A stretch of DNA of 32,000 nt from Coprobacillaceae bacterium (GCA_963675915.1 OY780959.1:2250001-2282000); one strand, 5' to 3'. Positions 1 to 8,571 are shown, numbered from the stretch's first letter. Numbers and translations are program-made. Notes: generated from the letters alone by a model not told the origin.

Positions 1-1
1 T

Positions 2-1033
2 TTGCTTTTTGGCACTATCGATACCTGGATTCTATACAATCTTACTGGGGGCAAAGTTCACGCGACGGATTGCACCAATGCATCCAGAACGCTGCTATAC
101 AATATCTACGACCTTTGCTGGGATGAACAGCTGTTGGAAATCCTGGATATCCCATTAACCATGATGCCCGAGGTTAAAGATTCGGGGGCAAGTTATGGCA
201 CCACGGCCAAGGATGTTTTCTTCAATGGAGAGATTCCGATCACGGCGATAATGGGTGATCAGCAGGCATCCCTTTTCGGTCATGGCTGTTTCCAGGCCGG
301 GATGGCCAAAAACACCTACGGCACCGGATGTTTCATGCTGATGAATACCGGAACCAAACCGGTCAAGTCAACCAACGGACTGATTACTACGATTGCCTGG
401 TCGATTGATGGGGAAGTGAATTACGCCCTCGAGGGTTCGGTGTTTGTGGCAGGTAATGCGATCAAGTGGCTTAAGCAAGGTTTGGAACTGTTCGACAGTC
501 CGGCAATTACAAATCTCTGGGCAAGTGAACTCGAAAGCAATGAGAATGTTTATTTTGTCCCGGCCTTTGTCGGATTGGGAGCGCCATACTGGAATGACAA
601 GGCGAGAGGAATAATAGTGGGAATCACCCAAGCGACAACCAAGAAGACGCTGACTAGAGCCACGTTGGAGTCGCTGGCATATCAGAATAAGGATATTCTT
701 GATGTGATGGTAGCGGAAAGCGGAATTGCCATCAACAGCCTGAAAGTTGATGGCAAGGTGACTGATAATGACTTTTTGATGCAATTTCAGGCGGATATTT
801 TAAAAATTGTCGTTAATCGTGCCAGAGTGGCGGAAACAACCGCCTTGGGAGCGGCGATGATGGCGGGCCTTCAAAGCGGCTTCTTCCGGGATTTTGATCA
901 CCTGATTCAAAATCTGGCCCCGGGAAAAACCTTCACCCCGAGAATGGCTGACGAACTGGTAGTTGAGTTGTACCAGGGGTGGCAAAAGGCGGTCAGGACG
1001 TGTATTTATCAGACTCGCGAAATGGATGATTAA
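2..1033 (+). CDS. glpK: glycerol kinase, C-terminal 343 aa (5' end lies outside the window)
   Basis: The ORF is open to the window edge. The translation carries FGGY-family glycerol kinase blocks (GDQQASLFGHGCF, YFVPAFVGLGAPYWN, ETTALGAAMMAGL). Stop TAA at 1031-1033. Confidence 0.9.
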   Translation: MLFGTIDTWILYNLTGGKVHATDCTNASRTLLYNIYDLCWDEQLLEILDIPLTMMPEVKDSGASYGTTAKDVFFNGEIPITAIMGDQQASLFGHGCFQAGMAKNTYGTGCFMLMNTGTKPVKSTNGLITTIAWSIDGEVNYALEGSVFVAGNAIKWLKQGLELFDSPAITNLWASELESNENVYFVPAFVGLGAPYWNDKARGIIVGITQATTKKTLTRATLESLAYQNKDILDVMVAESGIAINSLKVDGKVTDNDFLMQFQADILKIVVNRARVAETTALGAAMMAGLQSGFFRDFDHLIQNLAPGKTFTPRMADELVVELYQGWQKAVRTCIYQTREMDD

Positions 1034-1069
1034 CTCCCAAAGGACGAATTCGAAGGCCGAGCATATTGT

Positions 1070-1097
1070 TTGAACAATATCTCGGGAATGATATAAT
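1070..1097 (+). promoter_or_regulatory. candidate sigma-A promoter for trxB
   Basis: TTGAAC (1070-1075), 16-nt spacer, TGaTATAAT extended -10 (TATAAT 1092-1097). It sits 22 nt upstream of the trxB ATG region, and GGAGG at 1107-1111 serves as RBS. Confidence 0.45.
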
Positions 1098-1119
1098 GAT
1101 TAAAATGGAGGTCGAATAA

Positions 1120-2025
1120 ATGAAAGACTTAGTAATTATCGGAGCCGGTCCAGCCGGTTTGTCAGCTTTGCTTTATGCTACCCGTGCTGGTTTGTCAGCC
1201 ATTGTTTTGGACAATGGGGCACCGGGAGGGAAATTGAATCTTACAGCGGAAATTGAAAATTATCCGGGAATAAAACAAAAAACAGGGCCGGAACTGGCTT
1301 ATGAACTATATGAACATGCATTGAGTTTCGGGGGAGAACATGTCTATGGCGATGTGGTCGACATTATCGATCATGGCGATCATAAGGAAGTTGTCTGTGC
1401 CGACCAGTCTTACGAAGCCAAAGCGGTTTTGATTGCATCTGGTACCAAGGAAAGAAAAATCGGACTTCCAAACGAGGAAGCCTTGACCGGAAAAGGAATA
1501 TCTTATTGCGCGGTATGCGATGCGCCTTTTTATCGCGACAAAGAGGTGGCCGTCATCGGGGGCGGAAACTCTGCGGTTGAAGAAGCCATCTATCTGACTA
1601 ACTTTGCCCAAAAAGTTCATATTTTCATCCGAAGAGACGTCTTTAGAGCGGATAAGATTTCTTTGGTCAAAATGGAGAAAAATGATAAGATTGTGGTTCA
1701 TAAACTGAAAAAACCACACCATATCGTTGAAGCGGACGGAAAAGTTGCGGCACTGGGAGTGATTGATTCAGTCACTGAAGAAGTTGAAGAAGTTCCAGTA
1801 TCTGGAATCTTCCCATACTTGGGGCTTGATCCGGTCAGTGATTTTGCCAAAAATATCGGGGTCCTTGACGAATATGGTTATGTGATTACCGATGAAACTA
1901 TGGCAACAAGAGTTCCAATGGTTTTCGCTGCCGGGGATGTTCGCCAAAAAGGATTGCGTCAGGTTGTCACAGCAACCAACGACGGGGCGATTGCGGGCCA
2001 AAAAATCGCATCATTATTAGACTAA
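1120..2025 (+). CDS. trxB: thioredoxin-disulfide reductase
   Basis: 301 aa. N-terminal FAD fold GAGPAG, redox-active CAVCDA, NADPH motif GGGNSAVEEA, and C-terminal GDV...Q(V)VTA block. GGAGG RBS lies 8 nt upstream. Confidence 0.92.
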   Translation: MKDLVIIGAGPAGLSALLYATRAGLSAIVLDNGAPGGKLNLTAEIENYPGIKQKTGPELAYELYEHALSFGGEHVYGDVVDIIDHGDHKEVVCADQSYEAKAVLIASGTKERKIGLPNEEALTGKGISYCAVCDAPFYRDKEVAVIGGGNSAVEEAIYLTNFAQKVHIFIRRDVFRADKISLVKMEKNDKIVVHKLKKPHHIVEADGKVAALGVIDSVTEEVEEVPVSGIFPYLGLDPVSDFAKNIGVLDEYGYVITDETMATRVPMVFAAGDVRQKGLRQVVTATNDGAIAGQKIASLLD

Positions 2026-2047
2026 ATCACCGATTTAGTCTTTTTTT
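2020..2047 (+). terminator. rho-independent terminator of trxB
   Basis: gactaaatc / gatttagtc 9-bp stem (2020-2028 / 2032-2040) overlapping the TAA stop, followed by T7 (2041-2047). Confidence 0.7.
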
Positions 2048-2073
2048 CCTCCTGAATTGTTGATTAAAGGATG

Positions 2074-2097
2074 AAAAAACGTCGGACTAGCCGACGT
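2074..2097 (-). terminator. rho-independent terminator of arsC (minus strand)
   Basis: acgtcgg / ccgacgt 7-bp GC-rich stem (2079-2085 / 2091-2097). On the minus strand it is followed by T6, seen as the plus-strand A-run 2074-2079. Confidence 0.65.
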
Positions 2098-2107
2098 CGG
2101 GTAATGA

Positions 2108-2515
2108 TTATTCAAATATTGATCTGTCAGCGCATCTTTTGATAAGATCTTCGACTTTTGATTTGATGATGTCACGGGTTTTCTCGAATCCTTCAATCGG
2201 ACCGCCTGAGGGATCTTCAAGGCCCCAGTCTTCACGGTGACGGCATGGCAGGAATGGGCACTCAACTCCACATCCCATCGTTATCACAACATCTACTGCT
2301 GGGATGTCGGACAACAACTTAGGGTGATGGTCGCTCATGTCAACTCCGGCAGCTTCCATTACTTTAACTGCATTCGGTTTTACCTCGGGATAGTTTTCGG
2401 TTCCGGCCGAATAGGCTTCAATGACATCATCGCCGAGTTTCTTGGCCCAACCTTCAGCCATTTGGGAGCGGCAAGAGTTATGAATACAAATAAATGCTAC
2501 TTTGATTTTTTCCAT
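2108..2515 (-). CDS. arsC: arsenate reductase / low-molecular-weight phosphatase family (thioredoxin-coupled ArsC type)
   Basis: I place the start at MEKIKVAF (ATG 2515-2513), preceded by AAAGGAG, rather than at the track's 2587 start. The P-loop CIHNSCRSQMAEGW (CX5R) and downstream Cys pair (GCGVECPFLPC) resemble pI258-type ArsC. Confidence 0.8.
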   Translation of the reverse strand: MEKIKVAFICIHNSCRSQMAEGWAKKLGDDVIEAYSAGTENYPEVKPNAVKVMEAAGVDMSDHHPKLLSDIPAVDVVITMGCGVECPFLPCRHREDWGLEDPSGGPIEGFEKTRDIIKSKVEDLIKRCADRSIFE

Positions 2516-2539
2516 TTTGAGAACTCCTTTTCTACCTCT

Positions 2540-2568
2540 AATATATAGCATATATCGATGTTTGTCAA
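2540..2568 (-). promoter_or_regulatory. candidate sigma-A promoter for arsC
   Basis: On the minus strand: TTGACA (plus 2563-2568), 17-nt spacer, TATATT (plus 2540-2545). Confidence 0.5.
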
Positions 2569-2608
2569 TATGAATGAATATGGGCATTTCGGGATTTTGA
2601 TTTTGATT

Positions 2609-2637
2609 GGTGAATTATGGCTGTTTTATGCTATAAT
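2609..2637 (+). promoter_or_regulatory. candidate extended -10 promoter for rapZ operon
   Basis: TGcTATAAT (TG 2629-2630, TATAAT 2632-2637). The -35 is weak (ggtgaa 2609-2614). The position implies that the track's 2617 ATG lies inside the promoter. Confidence 0.45.
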
Positions 2638-2661
2638 CAAGTTTATAAGGTGGTGGAGACT

Positions 2662-3516
2662 ATGGAGATGCATGAATTGGTGGTGGTCACCGGAATGTCC
2701 GGGGCCGGGAAAACCTCCGCGATGGAGGCGTTTGAAAATATGGCTTATCGATGTATCGACAATTATCCGGTTGTTTTGCTGCCGGAATTGGGTGAATATA
2801 TCAAAGAACAAAAAGGAACGGAAAAAGTTGCCTTGGCGGTATCGCTAGAAGATGCCCGAAAAGCGATTATGATCCTGGAAAATATGGAATGGATCAATCT
2901 TTCGGTTTTGTTCCTGGACTGTTCAAATGAGGTTCTGATCAAAAGATACAAAGAATCCCGTCGAATCCATCCGTTAATGATTTCCAACCGGGTATCTTCG
3001 CTGGGTGATGCTTTAATGGTGGAGCGGGAAGATGCCAACCGGGTGGCCCAGCTGGCCAATTACATTGTCGACACTTCCAATTTGAAGAAAAAAAGATTTC
3101 AGAAAATCCTGCTTAATTATTATGACAAGGAAAACAGTCAAGGAATAACAGTCACCTTCGAATCGTTCGGTTATAAGAACGGGGTGCCTCGGGATACCGA
3201 TTTGCTTTTCGATGTCCGCTTCCTGCCAAACCCGTTCTATGTTGAACAGTTGCGTCCTCTGACTGGAAACGACAAGGCGGTCTATGATTATGTGATGGAA
3301 AAAAAGGAAACCGCTGTTTTTATCGAAAAACTGAAGGATTTGCTTGATTACCTGATTGAACAGTATATTATCGAGGGCAAACAGCATCTGACAATCGGAA
3401 TCGGCTGTACTGGGGGGCAACATCGCTCAGTAACATTAGCCAACTATTTTACTGAATATTATGGAAAGCGGTATCGTGTAAATTGTTTCCATCGCGATGC
3501 CATTGATTCAAAATGA
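2662..3516 (+). CDS. rapZ: RNase adapter / nucleotide-binding protein RapZ (YvcJ)
   Basis: Start placed at MEMHELVVVTG (ATG 2662) after GGTGGAG. Walker A GMSGAGKTSA and C-terminal GCTGGQHRSV motif are typical of RapZ. 284 aa. Confidence 0.88.
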   Translation: MEMHELVVVTGMSGAGKTSAMEAFENMAYRCIDNYPVVLLPELGEYIKEQKGTEKVALAVSLEDARKAIMILENMEWINLSVLFLDCSNEVLIKRYKESRRIHPLMISNRVSSLGDALMVEREDANRVAQLANYIVDTSNLKKKRFQKILLNYYDKENSQGITVTFESFGYKNGVPRDTDLLFDVRFLPNPFYVEQLRPLTGNDKAVYDYVMEKKETAVFIEKLKDLLDYLIEQYIIEGKQHLTIGIGCTGGQHRSVTLANYFTEYYGKRYRVNCFHRDAIDSK

Positions 3517-4457
3517 TCACATTTTCAAGAATAGTTAAGGAAGAGGTTGTCCTCAATGATTTTGAAGAATGTTGCTCAAAAGCGCTGCTCTCGGCAGTGA
3601 TAAAAATCAATGGGACAATGTCGATTAGTTCTTCAGGACTGTCGCTGACCATCCGAACTGAAAATGCCAAGATAGCTTCAAAGCTTCATAAGATGTTGAA
3701 ACATCTTTATAATCCCCAGATTGAATTCATGGTTTCCCGCAAGATGAAATTGAAGAAAAACAATGTCTATAAATTGAAGGTTACCAAAGCTCGGGAGATT
3801 CTCGACGATCTCGAACTGATGTCAGGCCTGGGATTCGTGGCGATTCCGTCGCATCATCTCATCAGCAATGACTGCTGTACCAGGGCTTATCTGGCCGGAG
3901 CTTTTCTCAGTTGTGGCTCGGTCAACAATCCGGAAACATCCAATTACCATCTCGAGATGGCGTTTACCGACGAGGAATACGCCAAGTTCATCTTGGAGTT
4001 GATGAACGGCTATGAGCTTAATGCCAAAATAATTTCGCGGCGCAACAAATATATAGTCTATATCAAATCATCGGAAAAGATCGGGGATTTCCTCAGGGCG
4101 ATTGGAGCAAGCCAGTCGGTAATGCAGTTTGAAAGCACCCGGATCGACCGCTCAATGATGAATATTGTCAATCGCTGGAATAATTGCGATATCGCCAATG
4201 AAGTCAAGACAATGAACGCGGCCAATCAGCAGCTCACCGATATCAATACAATCATGATGTTTGATTCCCTGGATGCTCTTGATCCGATTTCTCAACATTT
4301 GTGTCAGGTACGGTTAGCCAATCCGGAAAGCAAACTGAGCGAAATTGTAGATGCTTATTACGACCTTACCGGAGAAACTATTTCCAAGGCAAGTGTCTCG
4401 AGACGCTTTAAAAAGATCCATGAAACTGCCTGCAGTCTTTTGAAGTTGGGGGAATAG
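3513..4457 (+). CDS. whiA: DNA-binding protein WhiA (YvcL)
   Basis: 314 aa. ATGA start/stop overlap with rapZ. Degenerate LAGLIDADG-like core (RAYLAGAFLSCGSVNNPE, NYHLE) and a C-terminal HTH region fit the WhiA architecture. Confidence 0.88.
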   Translation: MITFSRIVKEEVVLNDFEECCSKALLSAVIKINGTMSISSSGLSLTIRTENAKIASKLHKMLKHLYNPQIEFMVSRKMKLKKNNVYKLKVTKAREILDDLELMSGLGFVAIPSHHLISNDCCTRAYLAGAFLSCGSVNNPETSNYHLEMAFTDEEYAKFILELMNGYELNAKIISRRNKYIVYIKSSEKIGDFLRAIGASQSVMQFESTRIDRSMMNIVNRWNNCDIANEVKTMNAANQQLTDINTIMMFDSLDALDPISQHLCQVRLANPESKLSEIVDAYYDLTGETISKASVSRRFKKIHETACSLLKLGE

Positions 4458-4459
4458 CC

Positions 4460-4663
4460 ATGGATAAAATAGAATTGTATTTTGGCCACAAGGTTCGCCA
4501 GATAAGGCTCAAAAAAAACATTTCGCAAGAAGAACTGGGATTTCGAAGCGGTCTTTCCAAGAACTATATCAGTGATGTGGAACGCGGTAGGCGCAACGTA
4601 TCCTTGCAGACAATCGAGAAAATTGCCAAGGGTCTTGAAGTGGCAATCAAGGATTTGTTCTAA
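4460..4663 (+). CDS. XRE/Cro-C1 family helix-turn-helix transcriptional regulator (67 aa)
   Basis: Classic HTH_3 sequence (IRLKKNISQEELGFRSGLSKNYISDVERGRRNVSLQTIEKIAKGLEV). Starts 2 nt after the whiA stop. Confidence 0.8.
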   Translation: MDKIELYFGHKVRQIRLKKNISQEELGFRSGLSKNYISDVERGRRNVSLQTIEKIAKGLEVAIKDLF

Positions 4664-4722
4664 AATTCATACTATGTTAATATATTGCCTTTAATATTAA
4701 TGGTGCTAAAGGAGTCGAAGAT

Positions 4723-5049
4723 ATGGAAATTTTTAGTTTCTTAATAGTATTTGTAATCTTATTTATGTTAATAAGTATTTTTCTGGGATTGCTTTCAAGT
4801 CCGTTTTTCTGGGTTTTCGTCCTGTTCTTATTCGGATACGGAATGATCAGACGCTATCTTTTTAGAAAAAGGATGGAAGAATATACCCGTCAACAAGAAC
4901 AACAGTATGAATCGAGACGGGAACAGTATTACAGCAATTTCAATCAACAACAGAATAGTCGTGGGGACACTTCATCAAAAAGTTCAACCGCATCAGGTGA
5001 TGTTATTGACGTGGATTATGAAGTTGTCGATGAGAAAACCAATGATTGA
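4723..5049 (+). CDS. small membrane protein, unknown function (108 aa)
   Basis: GGAG RBS 8 nt upstream. Two hydrophobic segments at the N-terminus, then a Q/E/S-rich tail ending in the acidic stretch DVIDVDYEVVDEK. I recognise no family. Confidence 0.6.
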   Translation: MEIFSFLIVFVILFMLISIFLGLLSSPFFWVFVLFLFGYGMIRRYLFRKRMEEYTRQQEQQYESRREQYYSNFNQQQNSRGDTSSKSSTASGDVIDVDYEVVDEKTND

Positions 5050-5050
5050 T

Positions 5051-5080
5051 AACATCTAGAATTTCTAGATGTTTTTTTTT
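5051..5080 (+). terminator. rho-independent terminator (end of rapZ-whiA operon)
   Basis: aacatctaga / tctagatgtt 10-bp stem (5051-5060 / 5064-5073) followed by a T9 run. Confidence 0.8.
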
Positions 5081-5104
5081 GCATCGGTAATCTTGATATT
5101 TTGT

Positions 5105-5133
5105 TTTAAAATAAATAGGTGATATGATAAAAT
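5105..5133 (+). promoter_or_regulatory. candidate extended -10 promoter for the zinc-ribbon protein-murF-ddl operon
   Basis: TGaTAAAAT (TG 5125-5126, TAAAAT 5128-5133) with a weak -35 tttaaa (5105-5110) and 17-nt spacer. Confidence 0.35.
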
Positions 5134-5152
5134 CTATAGGTGAGGTGATTTG

Positions 5153-6208
5153 ATGAAATGTCCAAAATGTGGAGCTGAAGTTGAAGAAGGAAAAAGATGC
5201 CATGTCTGCGGGCACCAGAACCGCTCGGGAGGCCGGACAGGATTCTTGAATATAAAGGTTTATCTGGTGACGTTACTGGTTATTTTACTGGGAGTCGGGG
5301 CGATGCGCTACATGCCTGAGCTCACGCTTACCGGAAATCAGGGAAACGATGATTATGTGGCCGTTAAAATTGATGATTACGAACATATCCAAGAACAGTT
5401 GCTAAGTGCCTATAATGTAGTTGCCGGTTATGATGGGGAAAATTATTATCTGATGGAGAGCGATGGTCTTAACCGTTATGATGCTGATTTGTCAAATCCA
5501 GTCAATCTGACCGACCGGGTAATCAATTATCTGATTGTCAGCGATGATTATATTTATTTCTGTGATCAGTATTTCGATCTTTATCGGGTGGACAAGCAGT
5601 TTGAAACGGTTCCTGAAAAACTGCTAAATAATATCTATTATCCGCTTTTGGTGGGTGAGAGATTGTATTATCAGGACGATTCCGACAATGAATCGGTTCA
5701 TTATCTTGACTTGGCGACAAATGAGCAAGTCAAACTTAACGATGAGAAAAGTTATTTCCTGATGGTTGAAAACGAGATAGTTTACTATATCGACGACCAG
5801 GGTCAACTCAAGAGTGTCGATCAAGAAGGCAATTTCGAATTGCTGGTGGCTGGAGAAGTCAACAGTTTCATTGTAGCCGGACAGGATTTATATTACAGCG
5901 ATGAGGAAGGAATCTTTGAAATTGATCTTTCAGATTATTCAATCACATCGATTCTGCTAAATGAATCCGGGGAATATCTTCCCTATCTGATGATGAATGT
6001 CTATCAGGGCAATCTGGTGTTTGTGACTTCCCAGGGGATTCAAATGTATGAAGATGGCAAACTGGTGACGCTTGTGAGTGGAATCAATTATACCAAGTAT
6101 TTGGTGCTCAATGATGTGGTGATGACGGTAGACGGTGATCTGGAATATACTATTTACCAGGATTTTAGCCAGACGGAACAGAAAATAGACGGGGCGATGG
6201 AGGTTTAA
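5153..6208 (+). CDS. membrane-anchored zinc-ribbon protein with repeated YY/beta-propeller-like (DUF5050-like) ectodomain
   Basis: ATG 5153 (TTG 5150 is an alternative) after AGGTGAGGTGA. N-terminal CPKCG...CHVCG zinc ribbon, one TM helix (VYLVTLLVILLGVGA), then about 6 repeats of a hydrophobic-YY-x-D...G...L/Y..D blade-like motif. Confidence 0.7.
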   Translation: MKCPKCGAEVEEGKRCHVCGHQNRSGGRTGFLNIKVYLVTLLVILLGVGAMRYMPELTLTGNQGNDDYVAVKIDDYEHIQEQLLSAYNVVAGYDGENYYLMESDGLNRYDADLSNPVNLTDRVINYLIVSDDYIYFCDQYFDLYRVDKQFETVPEKLLNNIYYPLLVGERLYYQDDSDNESVHYLDLATNEQVKLNDEKSYFLMVENEIVYYIDDQGQLKSVDQEGNFELLVAGEVNSFIVAGQDLYYSDEEGIFEIDLSDYSITSILLNESGEYLPYLMMNVYQGNLVFVTSQGIQMYEDGKLVTLVSGINYTKYLVLNDVVMTVDGDLEYTIYQDFSQTEQKIDGAMEV

Positions 6209-6209
6209 A

Positions 6210-7544
6210 ATGCAAGGAAGTGAAATAATTGCTGCTACCAATGGTTTGGTATTAAGCGGCAGCGTTAATGACAATTTCCAGGGAATAACCCAGGACAGCC
6301 GCAAGGTCGAGCCGGGCAACTGCTATGTGGCAATTATCGGCGAACGGGCTGATGGTCATGATTATATCGATATGGCTATCGCCAAAGGGGCCAGTGTTAT
6401 TCTGGTAACCAAGGATGTCGAACCTAAAAATGTCTTGGTGATCAAGGTTGATGATGTGGTACTGGCACTGGGCAAGATGGCCCGTTACCTGCGGGAGCAT
6501 CGTGATTTCAAAGTTATCGGGGTTACCGGTTCGGTAGGAAAAACCAGTACTCGCGATTTGATTGGAAATGTGGTAAAACAAAAATACAGTACCTTGATTA
6601 CCCAGGGTAATTATAATAATGAAATCGGATTGCCTTTGACAATGTTGAATTACCGTGGTGAAGAGGTCATGGTTCTGGAAATGGGAATGAATCATCTAGG
6701 CGAGATTTCATACCTTTCCCAAATTGCCAAAATGGATGTGGCCTGCATCACTAATGTGGGAACCGCTCATATCGGTAATCTGGGATCACGGGAAAACATT
6801 CTTAAAGCGAAATGTGAAATCATGGATGGCAATATCAATGCCTTGCTGGTGGTTAATGGTGACAACGACCTGTTAAGGACGGTAAAGTATCCCAATTACA
6901 AATTGGTGGGATTCAAACCCCATAATGATTATCGGGCTTTGAATGTCGAATCAAAATTGGAAACCAGTGAATTCGACATTATCATTGGTAATGAGATGCA
7001 TCATTTCATGATTCCGGTTCCAGGTGAACATTATGTTGCCAATGCCTTGATGGCAATGGCAGTCGGTTTGGAACTCGGAATTGAAATTGATCTGATCAAA
7101 AAGGGGATCGCGACATTTGAGTTGACCAAGAACCGCCATGATGTGCTCAAACTTGACCATATTACGGTGCTTGATGGTTCTTATAACTGCTCCCTTGAAA
7201 GTCTCAAGGCCAGTCTGGATATGCTCGATGCCTATAACAACCGGAAAATTGCGGTTATCGGGGATATGAAGGAATTGGGCGATTTCTCCCGGGAACTGCA
7301 TCAGGAAATCGGCATTTATCTAAACAAGCTGAGTATTGATCTGGTTTTCACAGTTGGTGAGGAGACCGAGGTCATTGCCGGTCAGTACAATGGGGAAATC
7401 CATCATTTTGACAATAATGAGGAACTGCTGGAGGATTTGCTGGGAACAGTTCAGGAACGGGATGTGATCCTTGTCAAAGGTTCCAACAGCATGAAATTGA
7501 AAACAGTAGTGGAAGGGTTGGTTAAGGAATATGGAAAAGATTAA
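6210..7544 (+). CDS. murF: UDP-N-acetylmuramoyl-tripeptide--D-alanyl-D-alanine ligase
   Basis: 444 aa. Mur ligase ATP site GVTGSVGKTSTRD and typical MurF blocks (NYNNEIGLPLT, LEMGMNH, DGSYNCS...GDMKELG). Starts 1 nt after the upstream stop. Confidence 0.9.
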   Translation: MQGSEIIAATNGLVLSGSVNDNFQGITQDSRKVEPGNCYVAIIGERADGHDYIDMAIAKGASVILVTKDVEPKNVLVIKVDDVVLALGKMARYLREHRDFKVIGVTGSVGKTSTRDLIGNVVKQKYSTLITQGNYNNEIGLPLTMLNYRGEEVMVLEMGMNHLGEISYLSQIAKMDVACITNVGTAHIGNLGSRENILKAKCEIMDGNINALLVVNGDNDLLRTVKYPNYKLVGFKPHNDYRALNVESKLETSEFDIIIGNEMHHFMIPVPGEHYVANALMAMAVGLELGIEIDLIKKGIATFELTKNRHDVLKLDHITVLDGSYNCSLESLKASLDMLDAYNNRKIAVIGDMKELGDFSRELHQEIGIYLNKLSIDLVFTVGEETEVIAGQYNGEIHHFDNNEELLEDLLGTVQERDVILVKGSNSMKLKTVVEGLVKEYGKD

Positions 7545-8571
7545 GTTGGTAATAATGTGTGGCGGGCAGTCAAGTGAAGAAAAAATTTCGCGACTGTCAG
7601 CTACTTCGGTGCTAAAAAACATCGACATGACAAAATATGAGTTGACATTGGTCGGGATCGATCTTGATGGAAGATTTTACAAACTGGATAATACTTGTGA
7701 CCTCAACAGTCAGGGATGGCTGGAAGAAGGCGAGAAAATCGGAGACATTGTCGATTTTCTTAAAAACAATGATGTGGTCTGGCCGGTTCTCCACGGTCTT
7801 TATGGCGAAGACGGAACCATCCAGGGACTGTTTGAGTTGGCCGGAATCAAATATGTCGGATGTCAGGTATTGGCCAGCGCAGTGGCCATGGATAAGATCT
7901 ATACCAAGAAAATTCTCGACAGTGCTTCGATACCCCAGACACCATCGCTTTATGTCAAGAAGCTGCAAAGTGGTAAATTGGTGGTTGTCGATGATGACTT
8001 CAATTATCTAGACGACGTTGAAGGGGTTATTACTGAAAAACTGGGGATGCCTTGTTTTGTCAAAGCCAGCCGCCAGGGAAGCAGTGTCGGGTGTTACAAA
8101 GTCAACGACAAAAGTGAATTGATGGCCAAGCTGACAATGGCTGGAGAATTTGATAATAAGATTGTGGTTGAAAAAGCGGTAAATTGCATTGAATTGGAAG
8201 TAGGCGTGATGGGTAATGATGAACTGGTTGTTTCCCCGGTCGGACAGGTCATGCCCCATGGTGAATTCTATACTTTCGAATCAAAATATGAGGACAGTGA
8301 AAGCAAGACGGTGATTCCGGCGCTTGTTGATGAAAGTATCCAGGAAATAATCAGGGATCTGGCGTTAAAAGCTTACCGGGCAATCGATGGAGCTGGTTAC
8401 AGCCGAATTGATTTCTTCCTGGATCGTGACAGCAACAACATTTATTTGAATGAAATAAACACCCTTCCGGGCTTCACAAATATTTCGATGTTTCCGATGC
8501 TAATGGAAGCAGCTGGCTATAAATATCCACAATTAATTGATAAGTTAATTGAATATGGAATGGAAATTTGA
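7531..8571 (+). CDS. ddl: D-alanine--D-alanine ligase
   Basis: 346 aa. ATP-grasp Ddl blocks (PVLHGLYGEDGTIQGL, KASRQGSSVG, YSRIDFFL, LNEINTLPGFT). The omega-loop reads FESKY (Lys-Tyr), which fits D-Ala-D-Ala rather than D-Ala-D-Lac specificity. 14-nt overlap with murF. Confidence 0.92.
   Translation: MEKIKLVIMCGGQSSEEKISRLSATSVLKNIDMTKYELTLVGIDLDGRFYKLDNTCDLNSQGWLEEGEKIGDIVDFLKNNDVVWPVLHGLYGEDGTIQGLFELAGIKYVGCQVLASAVAMDKIYTKKILDSASIPQTPSLYVKKLQSGKLVVVDDDFNYLDDVEGVITEKLGMPCFVKASRQGSSVGCYKVNDKSELMAKLTMAGEFDNKIVVEKAVNCIELEVGVMGNDELVVSPVGQVMPHGEFYTFESKYEDSESKTVIPALVDESIQEIIRDLALKAYRAIDGAGYSRIDFFLDRDSNNIYLNEINTLPGFTNISMFPMLMEAAGYKYPQLIDKLIEYGMEI

Noticed and set aside
1057-1085. Bulged 13-bp hairpin ccgagcatattgtt/aacaatatctcgg after glpK, considered as the glpK terminator.
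   Set aside because: No U-tract follows it. It also overlaps the putative trxB -35 element, so it cannot be called a terminator from sequence alone. It might be an operator or have no function.
2558-2848. 96-aa W/R-rich ORF and other short out-of-frame ORFs, for example 2237-2548, 7664-8011, 9922-10200, 23878-24213 and 24661-24888.
   Set aside because: They overlap conserved genes in alternative frames, have odd composition and lack an RBS.
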